Source: a virus. Taken from it: a stretch of DNA of 64,000 nt. The notes below the pieces were generated by a model, which ran no database searches, was not told where the DNA came from, and saw only the letters and a list, made by a program, of their open reading frames with translations. The DNA is taken from IMG/VR virus record IMGVR_UViG_3300025127_000013, positions 1 to 64,000 of that record; one strand, written 5' to 3'. The position numbers and the translations under genes are program-made. The first letter of the stretch is position 1. Each line of letters starts with the position of its first letter. This document shows positions 1 to 7,950 of this stretch, piece by piece.

Positions 1-560
1 CATTTGAAGCAATATTGATTGAATACTTTAGAAGAGAAGGTCAGATGGAAGGTGGTGCCTATGTTAATTTAGCAATGCAAATTGAAGACAGAGATTTGAC
101 ATCATATGAGTGGGATCTAGAAACTGATGGAGAGTATACTGAGTCTTATGAGTCCACTGCTAGCAATACTTTCTACTATGATCCTGAAGAATTTGGTGTT
201 AGTCTCGATGTGTTAAAGCAAATCACAGACTCTCGCGACTTTAGAATTGAGTTGAGAAGACAATTATTGGAAGAGCCCAGAAAAACTGAGAACACACAGT
301 ATTATCTACAAATGGATGCAAGAACTGTGGAACAGGGTGGGCAGATTAAATTTACCACTGTGTTCTCGATAAATGTTGACGAGCCTGATATTATGGCTGG
401 ACTTTTTAGAGAGCTTGTAGAGGGTGATATGGACGATGAAGACAACCTTAATGTGGTGTATCGAAGAGTGATGGCTCAAGCAGTTAAAGCAAGACAACCT
501 GCATCGATGCAAACAAATGAATCGTTAGTCAACAATTGGAAGAACTATTTAAGAACATGA
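1..560 (+). CDS. Acidic hypothetical protein, C-terminal part (5' end outside window)
   Basis: Frame is open from the window start; ends ...TNESLVNNWKNYLRT, which resembles the ENWRKYL leader motif of the downstream genes. Confidence 0.75.
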   Translation, partial: FEAILIEYFRREGQMEGGAYVNLAMQIEDRDLTSYEWDLETDGEYTESYESTASNTFYYDPEEFGVSLDVLKQITDSRDFRIELRRQLLEEPRKTENTQYYLQMDARTVEQGGQIKFTTVFSINVDEPDIMAGLFRELVEGDMDDEDNLNVVYRRVMAQAVKARQPASMQTNESLVNNWKNYLRT

Positions 561-931
561 AACTCCTACTTGAAAATTGGCGAAAATATTTGACAGAAAA
601 TATGAATATCAAATCGAGTGATGATATAGAATTCTTAGTTCGTTCTATTCATATGGAAGAGGATGATTTTGTAGAAGGGGATCTGATAGATAGGATAAGG
701 CAATATCCTTATTATATTCTTAAAGATATTGAACTTGATAAAATAGAGACGGCATGGACAGATCTGGGCAAAGTTGATGATTATGCCGAAATGTATGATC
801 AAAGAGGCACAGAACCGCCTCCTGTCGTTTTAGATCACACACTATATACGATAGACGGTGCACACAGAGTAGAGGCAGCAAGAGAAGCGGGCAAAGAAAA
901 AATAAAAGCTTATGTCGGGACATTCGGATGA
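557..931 (+). CDS. Leader-tagged ParB/sulfiredoxin-like domain protein
   Basis: Start reassigned to ATG 557 (MKLLLENWRKYLTE); PPVVLD...IDGAHRVEAA...IKAYV is the ParB-N/Srx DGxHR signature. Confidence 0.75.
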   Translation: MKLLLENWRKYLTENMNIKSSDDIEFLVRSIHMEEDDFVEGDLIDRIRQYPYYILKDIELDKIETAWTDLGKVDDYAEMYDQRGTEPPPVVLDHTLYTIDGAHRVEAAREAGKEKIKAYVGTFG

Positions 932-1356
932 AACTCCTACTTGAAAACTGGCGAAAGTATGTAAACGAAGTGGTGGATGATGTATTCACGGGAAACTGTG
1001 GTATGTTTGGTATTGCCTTGGCTGAAGAAGCCCAAAGAAGGGGTATTAATGCAGCATTAGTTTTTGCACATAATGCTGATACAGATGAAGAAATGATCTA
1101 TGGAGACTATAAAATTTACCATGTAGCCTTAAAGATCGGAGACAAGTATTATGATGGCAGAGGGGAAATCCGATTAAGTGAATTAGTATCATTTATGTTC
1201 GAGGTGCCGGAAGATATGAATGTTGATGCTTTTAATCTTGCAAACCTTGACCAGATGAAAAGTGCTATTCGTCGTAATACGGCTTGGAGTGCGACCTGCA
1301 AGGATTTCAAAGAAAAGGCGAAACAATTTTTAGATGAAATGGGGTATACAAAATGA
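928..1356 (+). CDS. Leader-tagged papain/transglutaminase-like protein
   Basis: MKLLLENWRKYVNE leader; GNCGMFGIAL...YHVALKIGDKYYDGRG gives Cys-His-Asp in the order typical of the papain/TGase fold. Confidence 0.6.
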   Translation: MKLLLENWRKYVNEVVDDVFTGNCGMFGIALAEEAQRRGINAALVFAHNADTDEEMIYGDYKIYHVALKIGDKYYDGRGEIRLSELVSFMFEVPEDMNVDAFNLANLDQMKSAIRRNTAWSATCKDFKEKAKQFLDEMGYTK

Positions 1357-1392
1357 ATCGATTGTTTCAATTTAGGAGGACTATTTAAAATT

Positions 1393-1839
1393 ATGAAACT
1401 TTTATTTGAAAGCTGGCGAAAATTTATTATCGAAGCAAAAGCTTTAATTTGTCCCCCTGCAACTCAAGATTTAGAATTAAATACAAAGAATAGAGATGCC
1501 GCAATCAAAGCGGAATATATTCAATATGGCCCTTTGAATGTCGATGAGCCCGGGAATTTTTGGACTGAAATTGCTGAATATTGGGACACTACTGAAGAAG
1601 CCGCTAAAGCATCAACATGTGGGGTTTGTACTGCATTTGATATCTCTCCTCGCATGAAAGAATGTATGCCCGGTGAAACATCAGATAAAGATGGCGAATT
1701 AGGATATTGTTGGATGCATCATTTTAAGTGCCATTCTGCAAGATCATGCAGAACATGGGCTAAGGGCGGCCCAATAAAAGAAGATGATACCTCCGCCGAC
1801 TGGCAAGAAAGGTCTAATATTGATAATGAAAATGAGTAA
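1393..1839 (+). CDS. Leader-tagged Cys-rich (HiPIP-like Fe-S or Zn-binding) protein
   Basis: MKLLFESWRKFIIE leader; CGVCTAF...GYCWMHHFKCHSARSCRTW. Confidence 0.6.
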   Translation: MKLLFESWRKFIIEAKALICPPATQDLELNTKNRDAAIKAEYIQYGPLNVDEPGNFWTEIAEYWDTTEEAAKASTCGVCTAFDISPRMKECMPGETSDKDGELGYCWMHHFKCHSARSCRTWAKGGPIKEDDTSADWQERSNIDNENE

Positions 1840-1987
1840 AACACAATTAAAACAAGTTATTAAAGAAGAAATTGAGAAATTACTTGAAGAAGAGAGTGGT
1901 TTTTTATCCAATATATATAAGCTTTGTTCCGAAGGTGAAAAATGTGCACCTGAATCTAAAAAGACAAAATGGTGGAAAGGTAAATAA
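1826..1987 (+). CDS. Small protein with MKMSKTQLKQVIKEEIE leader
   Basis: ATG at 1826 overlaps the end of the previous gene; amphipathic LKQVIKEE helix resembles leaders in neighbouring genes. Confidence 0.6.
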   Translation: MKMSKTQLKQVIKEEIEKLLEEESGFLSNIYKLCSEGEKCAPESKKTKWWKGK

Positions 1988-1988
1988 A

Positions 1989-2417
1989 ATGAAATTATTA
2001 TTTGAAAATTGGCGAAAGTTTGTGGCTGAGGAAGAAGAAATAGATGAGGGAGTCGGTACTGCGGCTCTGGGTGCAGCACTAGCTCTTGGCGGAGCAGGAA
2101 AAGCTGATGTTCAACAATATGATACAGATACTTCATCTGGAGATCAAACAACTCAGCAAGTTGATGCTGAAAAACAAGCCGAAGGTGAATTACAGAAAAA
2201 CGAAGACGGTTCTTACTCTATGGAATATTCAAATCCTGTAACTAAAGGAATGTCAATGACTAATTCACTACTTAAATCATTTCTTGGATTACAAGGAAAA
2301 ACAGACATGATGAACAAATTATTTGATGCCGGTCTTGATGCTCAGTCATTTAATTATAGTATTACTGGCACTAACATGGGAACCAAATCAATTACCCTTA
2401 AGGCTACCCCTAAATGA
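1989..2417 (+). CDS. Leader-tagged protein with Gly/Ala hydrophobic segment
   Basis: Start reassigned to ATG 1989 (MKLLFENWRKFVAE), followed by IDE-GVGTAALGAALALGGAG. Confidence 0.75.
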   Translation: MKLLFENWRKFVAEEEEIDEGVGTAALGAALALGGAGKADVQQYDTDTSSGDQTTQQVDAEKQAEGELQKNEDGSYSMEYSNPVTKGMSMTNSLLKSFLGLQGKTDMMNKLFDAGLDAQSFNYSITGTNMGTKSITLKATPK

Positions 2418-2965
2418 ATAACTTACTTGAAAATATAACAGAAGAAGAACTCAAAGAAATTATTGCTGACGAATTAAGCGAAACTCTTGTTCTTGTAGAA
2501 AAATGTTGGAAGGGTTATGAAAAGAAAGGCATGAAAAAGATGTTTGGTAAGATGTATCCAAACTGTGTCAAAAAGAAAAAAAGTAAGAAACGAAAAAAGA
2601 AACGTAAAAACGAAAGTGTTGATTTATATGAAGCAGATCCGAAAAAAGGCACAGGCAAAAAACCTAAAGGTTCTGGTCGAAGGTTATACACAGATGAAAA
2701 CCCTAGTGATACAGTATCTGTAAAGTTTTCAACAGTGCAAGATATTAAGGACACTCTTTCTAAATCATCTTTCAAATCAAAGTCACATAAAAGACAGTCT
2801 CAAATTATTAATTTAATACATCAGAGAGCAAGAGCAGCTTATCAAAATGCCAAAGACCCAAAAGTCAAAGCAAGACTTAAAAAATCTTTTGATTATGCTA
2901 AAGAAAGAAAAGAAGCTTCAAAAAGAAAAACACAATCGATGAACAAGGCTAAAAAAGATGAGTAA
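2414..2965 (+). CDS. Basic hypothetical protein, probable head-associated
   Basis: Acidic LxE-rich N-terminus, then CWKGYEKKGMKK...PNCVK and DPKKGTGKKP...RRLYTDENP modules; very Lys-rich. Confidence 0.7.
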   Translation: MNNLLENITEEELKEIIADELSETLVLVEKCWKGYEKKGMKKMFGKMYPNCVKKKKSKKRKKKRKNESVDLYEADPKKGTGKKPKGSGRRLYTDENPSDTVSVKFSTVQDIKDTLSKSSFKSKSHKRQSQIINLIHQRARAAYQNAKDPKVKARLKKSFDYAKERKEASKRKTQSMNKAKKDE

Positions 2966-3203
2966 ATACATGAAGGATCCAGAGTATTTATTTTCTATAC
3001 TTGCAGCAATAGTAAAGAAAAACGATGGATTTTTAAGATTAACTCAAGAAGAAATCGAAGCTGTCAGTAAAAACGATATTATTGGTATGTATTTTGAGCC
3101 GGAAACAAATTCAATTGTTTTTAAAAAGGTTGATCCAAAAGATGCTTTAACTGCCTCTAGTATGATAAAAAAGAGGCCCGAAACAACGACATACGATAAT
3201 TAA
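2958..3203 (+). CDS. Hypothetical protein
   Basis: 81-aa ORF overlapping the upstream stop. Confidence 0.65.
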   Translation: MSKYMKDPEYLFSILAAIVKKNDGFLRLTQEEIEAVSKNDIIGMYFEPETNSIVFKKVDPKDALTASSMIKKRPETTTYDN

Positions 3204-3207
3204 TTGT

Positions 3208-3549
3208 ATGTATGAATACTCTTGTAAGTTGATTCGAGTTATTGATGGTGATACTGTTGATGCACTTATTGATCTGGGCTTTGATGTCTGGATTAAGAAA
3301 AGAATAAGATTATACGGCATTAACACTCCAGAAGTCCGCACTAGAGACATTTGGGAGAAGGAGCAAGGTCTAGCCAGCAAGAAGAGATTAGAAGAGCTTC
3401 TAGATAGTGTAGACAACAAATTTATATTAATTTCCAAAGGTGTTGGCAAATACGGAAGATGTCTTGGAGAACTACTTATAGGTGAGTATGGAGAAGTACA
3501 TATTAATAACTTACTTTTAAGTGAGGGTTTAGCGGAGAAATACGAATGA
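3208..3549 (+). CDS. Thermonuclease (SNase-like) family protein
   Basis: RVIDGDTVD...IRLYGINTPE...GKYGRCLG catalytic motifs. Confidence 0.9.
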   Translation: MYEYSCKLIRVIDGDTVDALIDLGFDVWIKKRIRLYGINTPEVRTRDIWEKEQGLASKKRLEELLDSVDNKFILISKGVGKYGRCLGELLIGEYGEVHINNLLLSEGLAEKYE

Positions 3550-3863
3550 GTCAAAATGGATGGGATACATATTCCAAATTAGTTTTACAACAACTTGAAA
3601 CAATGGCAAATGGTATTGAGGCTTTACGAGGTGAACTACAGGATGTAAAAGAGCAGTTGACTGAACTCAAAGCTAAAGAAGATCGTGTGCAAGATTTAAA
3701 AATGTGGAAAGATAAAATGGACGACATAGCTTCACCTCCGCAATTAAAGACTGCATTAAAAGAAATTGAAGAGCTTAAAACTTTTAAAACAAAATCAATT
3801 GCTATTTTTATGGCTGTTCAAACAATGATGGGTCTTGCTATGGCATGGTCAAAGATGTTTTAG
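3546..3863 (+). CDS. Coiled-coil protein with C-terminal hydrophobic helix
   Basis: Heptad-like helix, C-terminal IAIFMAVQTMMGLAMAW. Confidence 0.65.
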   Translation: MSQNGWDTYSKLVLQQLETMANGIEALRGELQDVKEQLTELKAKEDRVQDLKMWKDKMDDIASPPQLKTALKEIEELKTFKTKSIAIFMAVQTMMGLAMAWSKMF

Positions 3864-3864
3864 T

Positions 3865-4149
3865 ATGGCAGATATTGAACACCAAAAAAAGCTAATTAGA
3901 CAAATTATAAAACAACTATCCGGTGAAGTTGATGAAGAAGTAGATTTAGTGCCTGAATATGGCATCGATGGGAATGGTCACATGTTTTGTTTTCAGCCAT
4001 CAAGTCGATCATTTGTTAAAATTTATAAGAATCAAAATGTATATGTATTAGGTGAATTAGACGAAGGAAAAAAACTATTAATATACACAACATGTGGTAA
4101 AATAGTGGAAATTGATACTGATAAAGTATACAAAATGGATTTTAATTAA
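3865..4149 (+). CDS. Hypothetical protein
   Basis: ATG at 3865 right after the upstream stop, in frame with the listed ORF. Confidence 0.65.
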   Translation: MADIEHQKKLIRQIIKQLSGEVDEEVDLVPEYGIDGNGHMFCFQPSSRSFVKIYKNQNVYVLGELDEGKKLLIYTTCGKIVEIDTDKVYKMDFN

Positions 4150-4301
4150 TGTTATTTACATTTAATAAATTTTGGAAAACACTTTTGTTTTTAGGTGGTT
4201 CGTGGTTATCATTATCACTCATCGGGTTTGAATTCACGGCTGTCACAATATTGTCACTGATATATTGCTCAAAATTTAGTAACTCAGAGACACTTATATA
4301 A
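4149..4301 (+). CDS. Small membrane protein (50 aa), not in the ORF track
   Basis: TAATG coupling to upstream gene; MLFTFNKFWKTLLFLGGSWLSLSLIGFEFTAVTILSLIYCSKFSNSETLI. Confidence 0.6.
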   Translation: MLFTFNKFWKTLLFLGGSWLSLSLIGFEFTAVTILSLIYCSKFSNSETLI

Positions 4302-4319
4302 TTTTAGTCTAATTAAGGT

Positions 4320-4523
4320 GTGGGCAGCACTAAACACAAAAGAAAATACTATCGTTTTGATGGTGAGAGTTCTAGAACCACTGATTTAGTGTTAGTCAAA
4401 TGGATTGAAGAAGGTTCAATTAAAATAAGCTCACCAATTAAGGATTATAATAAAGCATTAAGTAAATGCCAATCATATTTACAGAAAGGTATTTGTTCTT
4501 GGATGGTTTATTACGATGGATAA
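4320..4523 (+). CDS. Hypothetical protein
   Basis: GTG start 4 nt after TAATTA; overlaps next gene. Confidence 0.55.
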   Translation: MGSTKHKRKYYRFDGESSRTTDLVLVKWIEEGSIKISSPIKDYNKALSKCQSYLQKGICSWMVYYDG

Positions 4524-4761
4524 TAAAGGGCCTTTTGGTTCTGGAATAGCAGAAGAATTTGAGATTGGTGACATTGTTGAATGGTCTAAATGGGACATTG
4601 ATTTAGAGGAGTGGGTGTCCAGCTATGGTATACTTGTCTCAATGGAAAATAAAGTTGTGGCTGACCGATTGATTTCAATATCCACTATCAAACCTTTAAA
4701 TGAAAAAGATAATAAATTATTAGAATTATTTACAATATATTTAAAACGAGTGATTACATAA
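4516..4761 (+). CDS. Small KOW/SH3-like protein
   Basis: FEIGDIVEW...YGILV pattern. Confidence 0.55.
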   Translation: MDNKGPFGSGIAEEFEIGDIVEWSKWDIDLEEWVSSYGILVSMENKVVADRLISISTIKPLNEKDNKLLELFTIYLKRVIT

Positions 4762-4795
4762 TCTTGACAACTAATTAATCTAAACCGGTTATATT

Positions 4796-5635
4796 ATGGA
4801 TGATACACTTAAAAGTCTAATAAAGCAGTTTATGCCTTTTGCTCAAAAACAGATTGGTTTTGAAAATCCGCCTAGATTATTTTTAAGAAGAGACGGACAG
4901 AATGCAAAAAACCCGCTGGGTAAGACTGCATTCTACGACCCTAACAACATGTCTGTGACACTTTACATAACAGGCCGGCATCCAAAAGATATTCTTAGGT
5001 CACTTGGTCATGAGCTAGTTCATCATAAACAAAATTGTGATGGCAAATTCAGCGATTCAGATGATATGGGCCCCGGTTATGCTCAGAAAGATCCTCACTT
5101 AAGACAAATGGAACAAGAAGCAAATCGTGACGGAAGCATGTGTTTAAGGGATTTTGAAGATATGTTAAAGAAAGAAAACACTATTTATTACGAACATCTA
5201 CAAAAAGGAGATAAAAAGATGTCTACAAAAGATTGGAAAAACGAAGAGATTCGTAGCCTTTTAGCTGAAGCTTGGGGCTTTAAATTTAATACATTACAGG
5301 AATTTGAGGAATTCAATGGACAAGGTGAATTACAAGCAGAGAGTGAAGAAGAAGTTACCGAAGAAGCTGTTGAAGAAAGTACTGAGGAAACTGTTGAAGA
5401 ATCCGCCGATGAATCAGTAGAAGAATTGGCTAGAGCAACTGGTGGTCATGGTGCCCACAGAGACAGAATGAAGGATCGTAAAGATGCTGCTAAAGCTCGT
5501 CGTAAAGATGATGATGAAGAAAAAGTTGAAGAAGCTGATCACGGTGAAGACGATGACAAGGTTGAAGAGTCTGATACTGCTAATGAATTGACCGAAGCAA
5601 TTGCTGCGGTTCTTCGCAAGCATTTACGAGGCTAA
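4796..5635 (+). CDS. Zincin-like (HExxH) domain fused to an acidic low-complexity tail
   Basis: GKTAFYDP...ILRSLGHELVHHKQ...EQEAN; Glu-rich C-terminal half. Confidence 0.75.
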   Translation: MDDTLKSLIKQFMPFAQKQIGFENPPRLFLRRDGQNAKNPLGKTAFYDPNNMSVTLYITGRHPKDILRSLGHELVHHKQNCDGKFSDSDDMGPGYAQKDPHLRQMEQEANRDGSMCLRDFEDMLKKENTIYYEHLQKGDKKMSTKDWKNEEIRSLLAEAWGFKFNTLQEFEEFNGQGELQAESEEEVTEEAVEESTEETVEESADESVEELARATGGHGAHRDRMKDRKDAAKARRKDDDEEKVEEADHGEDDDKVEESDTANELTEAIAAVLRKHLRG

Positions 5636-5730
5636 TCAAATGTTAGGTAAATACAAAAGTTGAGCTTAAAAAAAGTCGCAACAAATTTATCAAAAAATTA
5701 TTACTATTATATTCACAAGAGGAACAACCA

Positions 5731-5979
5731 ATGTCATTAGACAAAGCATGGAGAGATTTCTTAACCGAGAGTGTTGATGAAAAAAACATCTATACATATA
5801 TTCAAGGTCTCCAAGAAATAATTTCCAATCTTAAACCTAGAACTGTAACAGAAAAAAGAAGGTTGCAGCTAGCAAAACAACATCTTAGAGAAGTTAGGAG
5901 ATTTGCCCGTAAATTGGATAATCGCATTGGTATTCTTGAGGAAAAATTAACAATTTTAGAAGAGTCTACTGGAGATTAA
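5731..5979 (+). CDS. Hypothetical coiled-coil protein with a related leader (AWRDFLTE)
   Basis: SD AGAGGA upstream; MSLDKAWRDFLTES. Confidence 0.7.
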   Translation: MSLDKAWRDFLTESVDEKNIYTYIQGLQEIISNLKPRTVTEKRRLQLAKQHLREVRRFARKLDNRIGILEEKLTILEESTGD

Positions 5980-5982
5980 AAA

Positions 5983-7950
5983 ATGGCGAAAGCTAATACT
6001 CACCTTACTCATCTTGAAGAATTGGTTCTAACACAGGGAGCGGATGGCTATAAAATGGCCAGAGGCTTCCTTTTAGAGCTTTTAAAGTCTTTGAAGGGTA
6101 ATACCAGCACTAAGATTCAAACATCCGTCAAATGGGACGGTGCACCTGCTATATTTGCTGGAATTAATCCAGAGAATGGCAAGTTCTTTGTTGGTACTAA
6201 ATCTATCTTTAATAAAATACCAAAGATTAATTATACGAAAGATGATATAGTAAAAAACCATGGTCATGCACCCGGGCTTGTTGATAAACTCACCAAAGCT
6301 TTGGAATATTTGCCGGCATTAAACATTAAAAACATTCTGCAGGGTGATTTCATGTTCGATGATGAAATGATCAGAAGGGCTGAAATTGATGGTGTACCTC
6401 ACTATAAATTCAAGCCAAACACAATTGTTTATGCTGTGCCTGTTGATTCAAAACTCGGTCAAGAAATAGAACAAGCTAAGTTTGGTATTGTTTTTCACAC
6501 AACATATGAAAGTTTGGACAGTGGTGCTAGTTTTGGAGCAGATGTATCATCGCTTCGTAGAGCCCCCGGGGTTTGGTTTGACGATGCTTTCTTCACTGAT
6601 GATACTGGTGTTGTAACTTTAACAGATGATGAAGAAACACAAATTGTTAGTTTGGTTAAACAAGCAGATACTGTTAATGGACAAATAGATTATGACAATT
6701 TACCATTTTCTTTATTAAATATTTATATTAATAGTGAGATTAAAGCAGGCAGCTTTCTTGATGACCCAGAAAAATCGTTTGAGGGATTCAATAATTGGTA
6801 TTCACAAAGGGTTCAAAAAAAGATAGATAAACTTAAAAGTGATAGAGGTAAAGAGTCAGCGAGTCAAAATGCCCAACAAATGTTACAATCTTTTGCCGAC
6901 AAGAAAAATGATATAGTCAACATTTTTAAGGTTAGTCGCTTGCTATTTGAGGCAAAAAACATTTTTATTCAAAAATATAACAATGCTGTTTATAACACCA
7001 AACACTTCGTTGACAACGGTTCAGGTGATCTAGTTGCTAGTAATCCAGAAGGCTATGTAGCAGTCGATCACAAAGGTAACGGAATTAAGTTTGTTGATCG
7101 TCTAGAATTTAGTAGAGCCAACTTCGCTGTTGATAAAGGTGGCAAATTTACTGGTGATATCAATGAACAAGAAGAAGACGAATTTGACATCGATAATGAA
7201 GACGATGACCCAGTAGTAGATACAGATTATCCAAAGACAGTAGCTGTAGTACCCGGAGCTTTTAAGCCGCCGCATCTTGGACATTTGGATATGGTACGGA
7301 AATATTCTGATATCGCAGATGAAGTTAAAGTTTTAATATCTAAACCAACTGTTAAAGCTAGAACATTACCTAATGGTCGAGAAGTAACAGCCAAGGATTC
7401 ACTCAAAATCTGGAATGTATTAGCATCAAATCTACCAAATGTAGATATAGAAATTTCATCACATGCATCTCCTATTAATGCTGCATATGAATATGTGGGT
7501 GATGAAGGACCGCTGAATGTTGGTGATAAAGTTATTCTCGGCTGTAGTAACAAAGGTGGTGATTGTAAACGATGGACTGGAGCAGAAAAATACATCAAAA
7601 AAGGTGTTGAATTGGTACCAGTGACCGGAGTTGAACCAACTGTCCGAACTAGCGGAGAAGCATTTAGTGCTACTGATTTTCGTAGTGCACTTGGAAATCC
7701 AGAAAATAAAGCAGAAATAGCTGAATTTGTCGGTGATGAAAATGTGGAATCTGTTTTAAATATACTTGGACTGTCGAATATGGGCGAGATGTCATCAATG
7801 TCAGGAGGTGCAGTAGCAGGATACTCAGCCCCTTTGGGATATGGGTCGGTTAAAAGACCCAAAAAGAAAAAGAAAACAAATGAATATATGGATTTAAGTT
7901 TGATTGATGAAGTTATCGAACTAATTATGAAAAGAGGCATTACCCAATGA
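5983..7950 (+). CDS. RNA-ligase-like (KxDG) nucleotidyltransferase fused to a HIGH-family cytidylyl/adenylyltransferase
   Basis: SVKWDGAPA (motif I), LQGDFM (III-like), PEGYV (IV), GIKFV (V); C-terminal PGAFKPPHLGH and FSATDFR. N-terminal domain resembles a conserved T4-like phage family (DUF6267-like, from memory). Confidence 0.7.
   Translation: MAKANTHLTHLEELVLTQGADGYKMARGFLLELLKSLKGNTSTKIQTSVKWDGAPAIFAGINPENGKFFVGTKSIFNKIPKINYTKDDIVKNHGHAPGLVDKLTKALEYLPALNIKNILQGDFMFDDEMIRRAEIDGVPHYKFKPNTIVYAVPVDSKLGQEIEQAKFGIVFHTTYESLDSGASFGADVSSLRRAPGVWFDDAFFTDDTGVVTLTDDEETQIVSLVKQADTVNGQIDYDNLPFSLLNIYINSEIKAGSFLDDPEKSFEGFNNWYSQRVQKKIDKLKSDRGKESASQNAQQMLQSFADKKNDIVNIFKVSRLLFEAKNIFIQKYNNAVYNTKHFVDNGSGDLVASNPEGYVAVDHKGNGIKFVDRLEFSRANFAVDKGGKFTGDINEQEEDEFDIDNEDDDPVVDTDYPKTVAVVPGAFKPPHLGHLDMVRKYSDIADEVKVLISKPTVKARTLPNGREVTAKDSLKIWNVLASNLPNVDIEISSHASPINAAYEYVGDEGPLNVGDKVILGCSNKGGDCKRWTGAEKYIKKGVELVPVTGVEPTVRTSGEAFSATDFRSALGNPENKAEIAEFVGDENVESVLNILGLSNMGEMSSMSGGAVAGYSAPLGYGSVKRPKKKKKTNEYMDLSLIDEVIELIMKRGITQ

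Noticed and set aside
557-2021. Repeated ~33-nt sequence as a CRISPR array or attC-type cassette site
   Set aside because: Copies are protein-coding, vary mostly at synonymous positions, are separated by whole genes and are not palindromic
4764-4795. Sigma70 promoter at TTGACA 4764
   Set aside because: Nearest -10-like hexamer (TATATT) is 20 nt away, outside normal spacing
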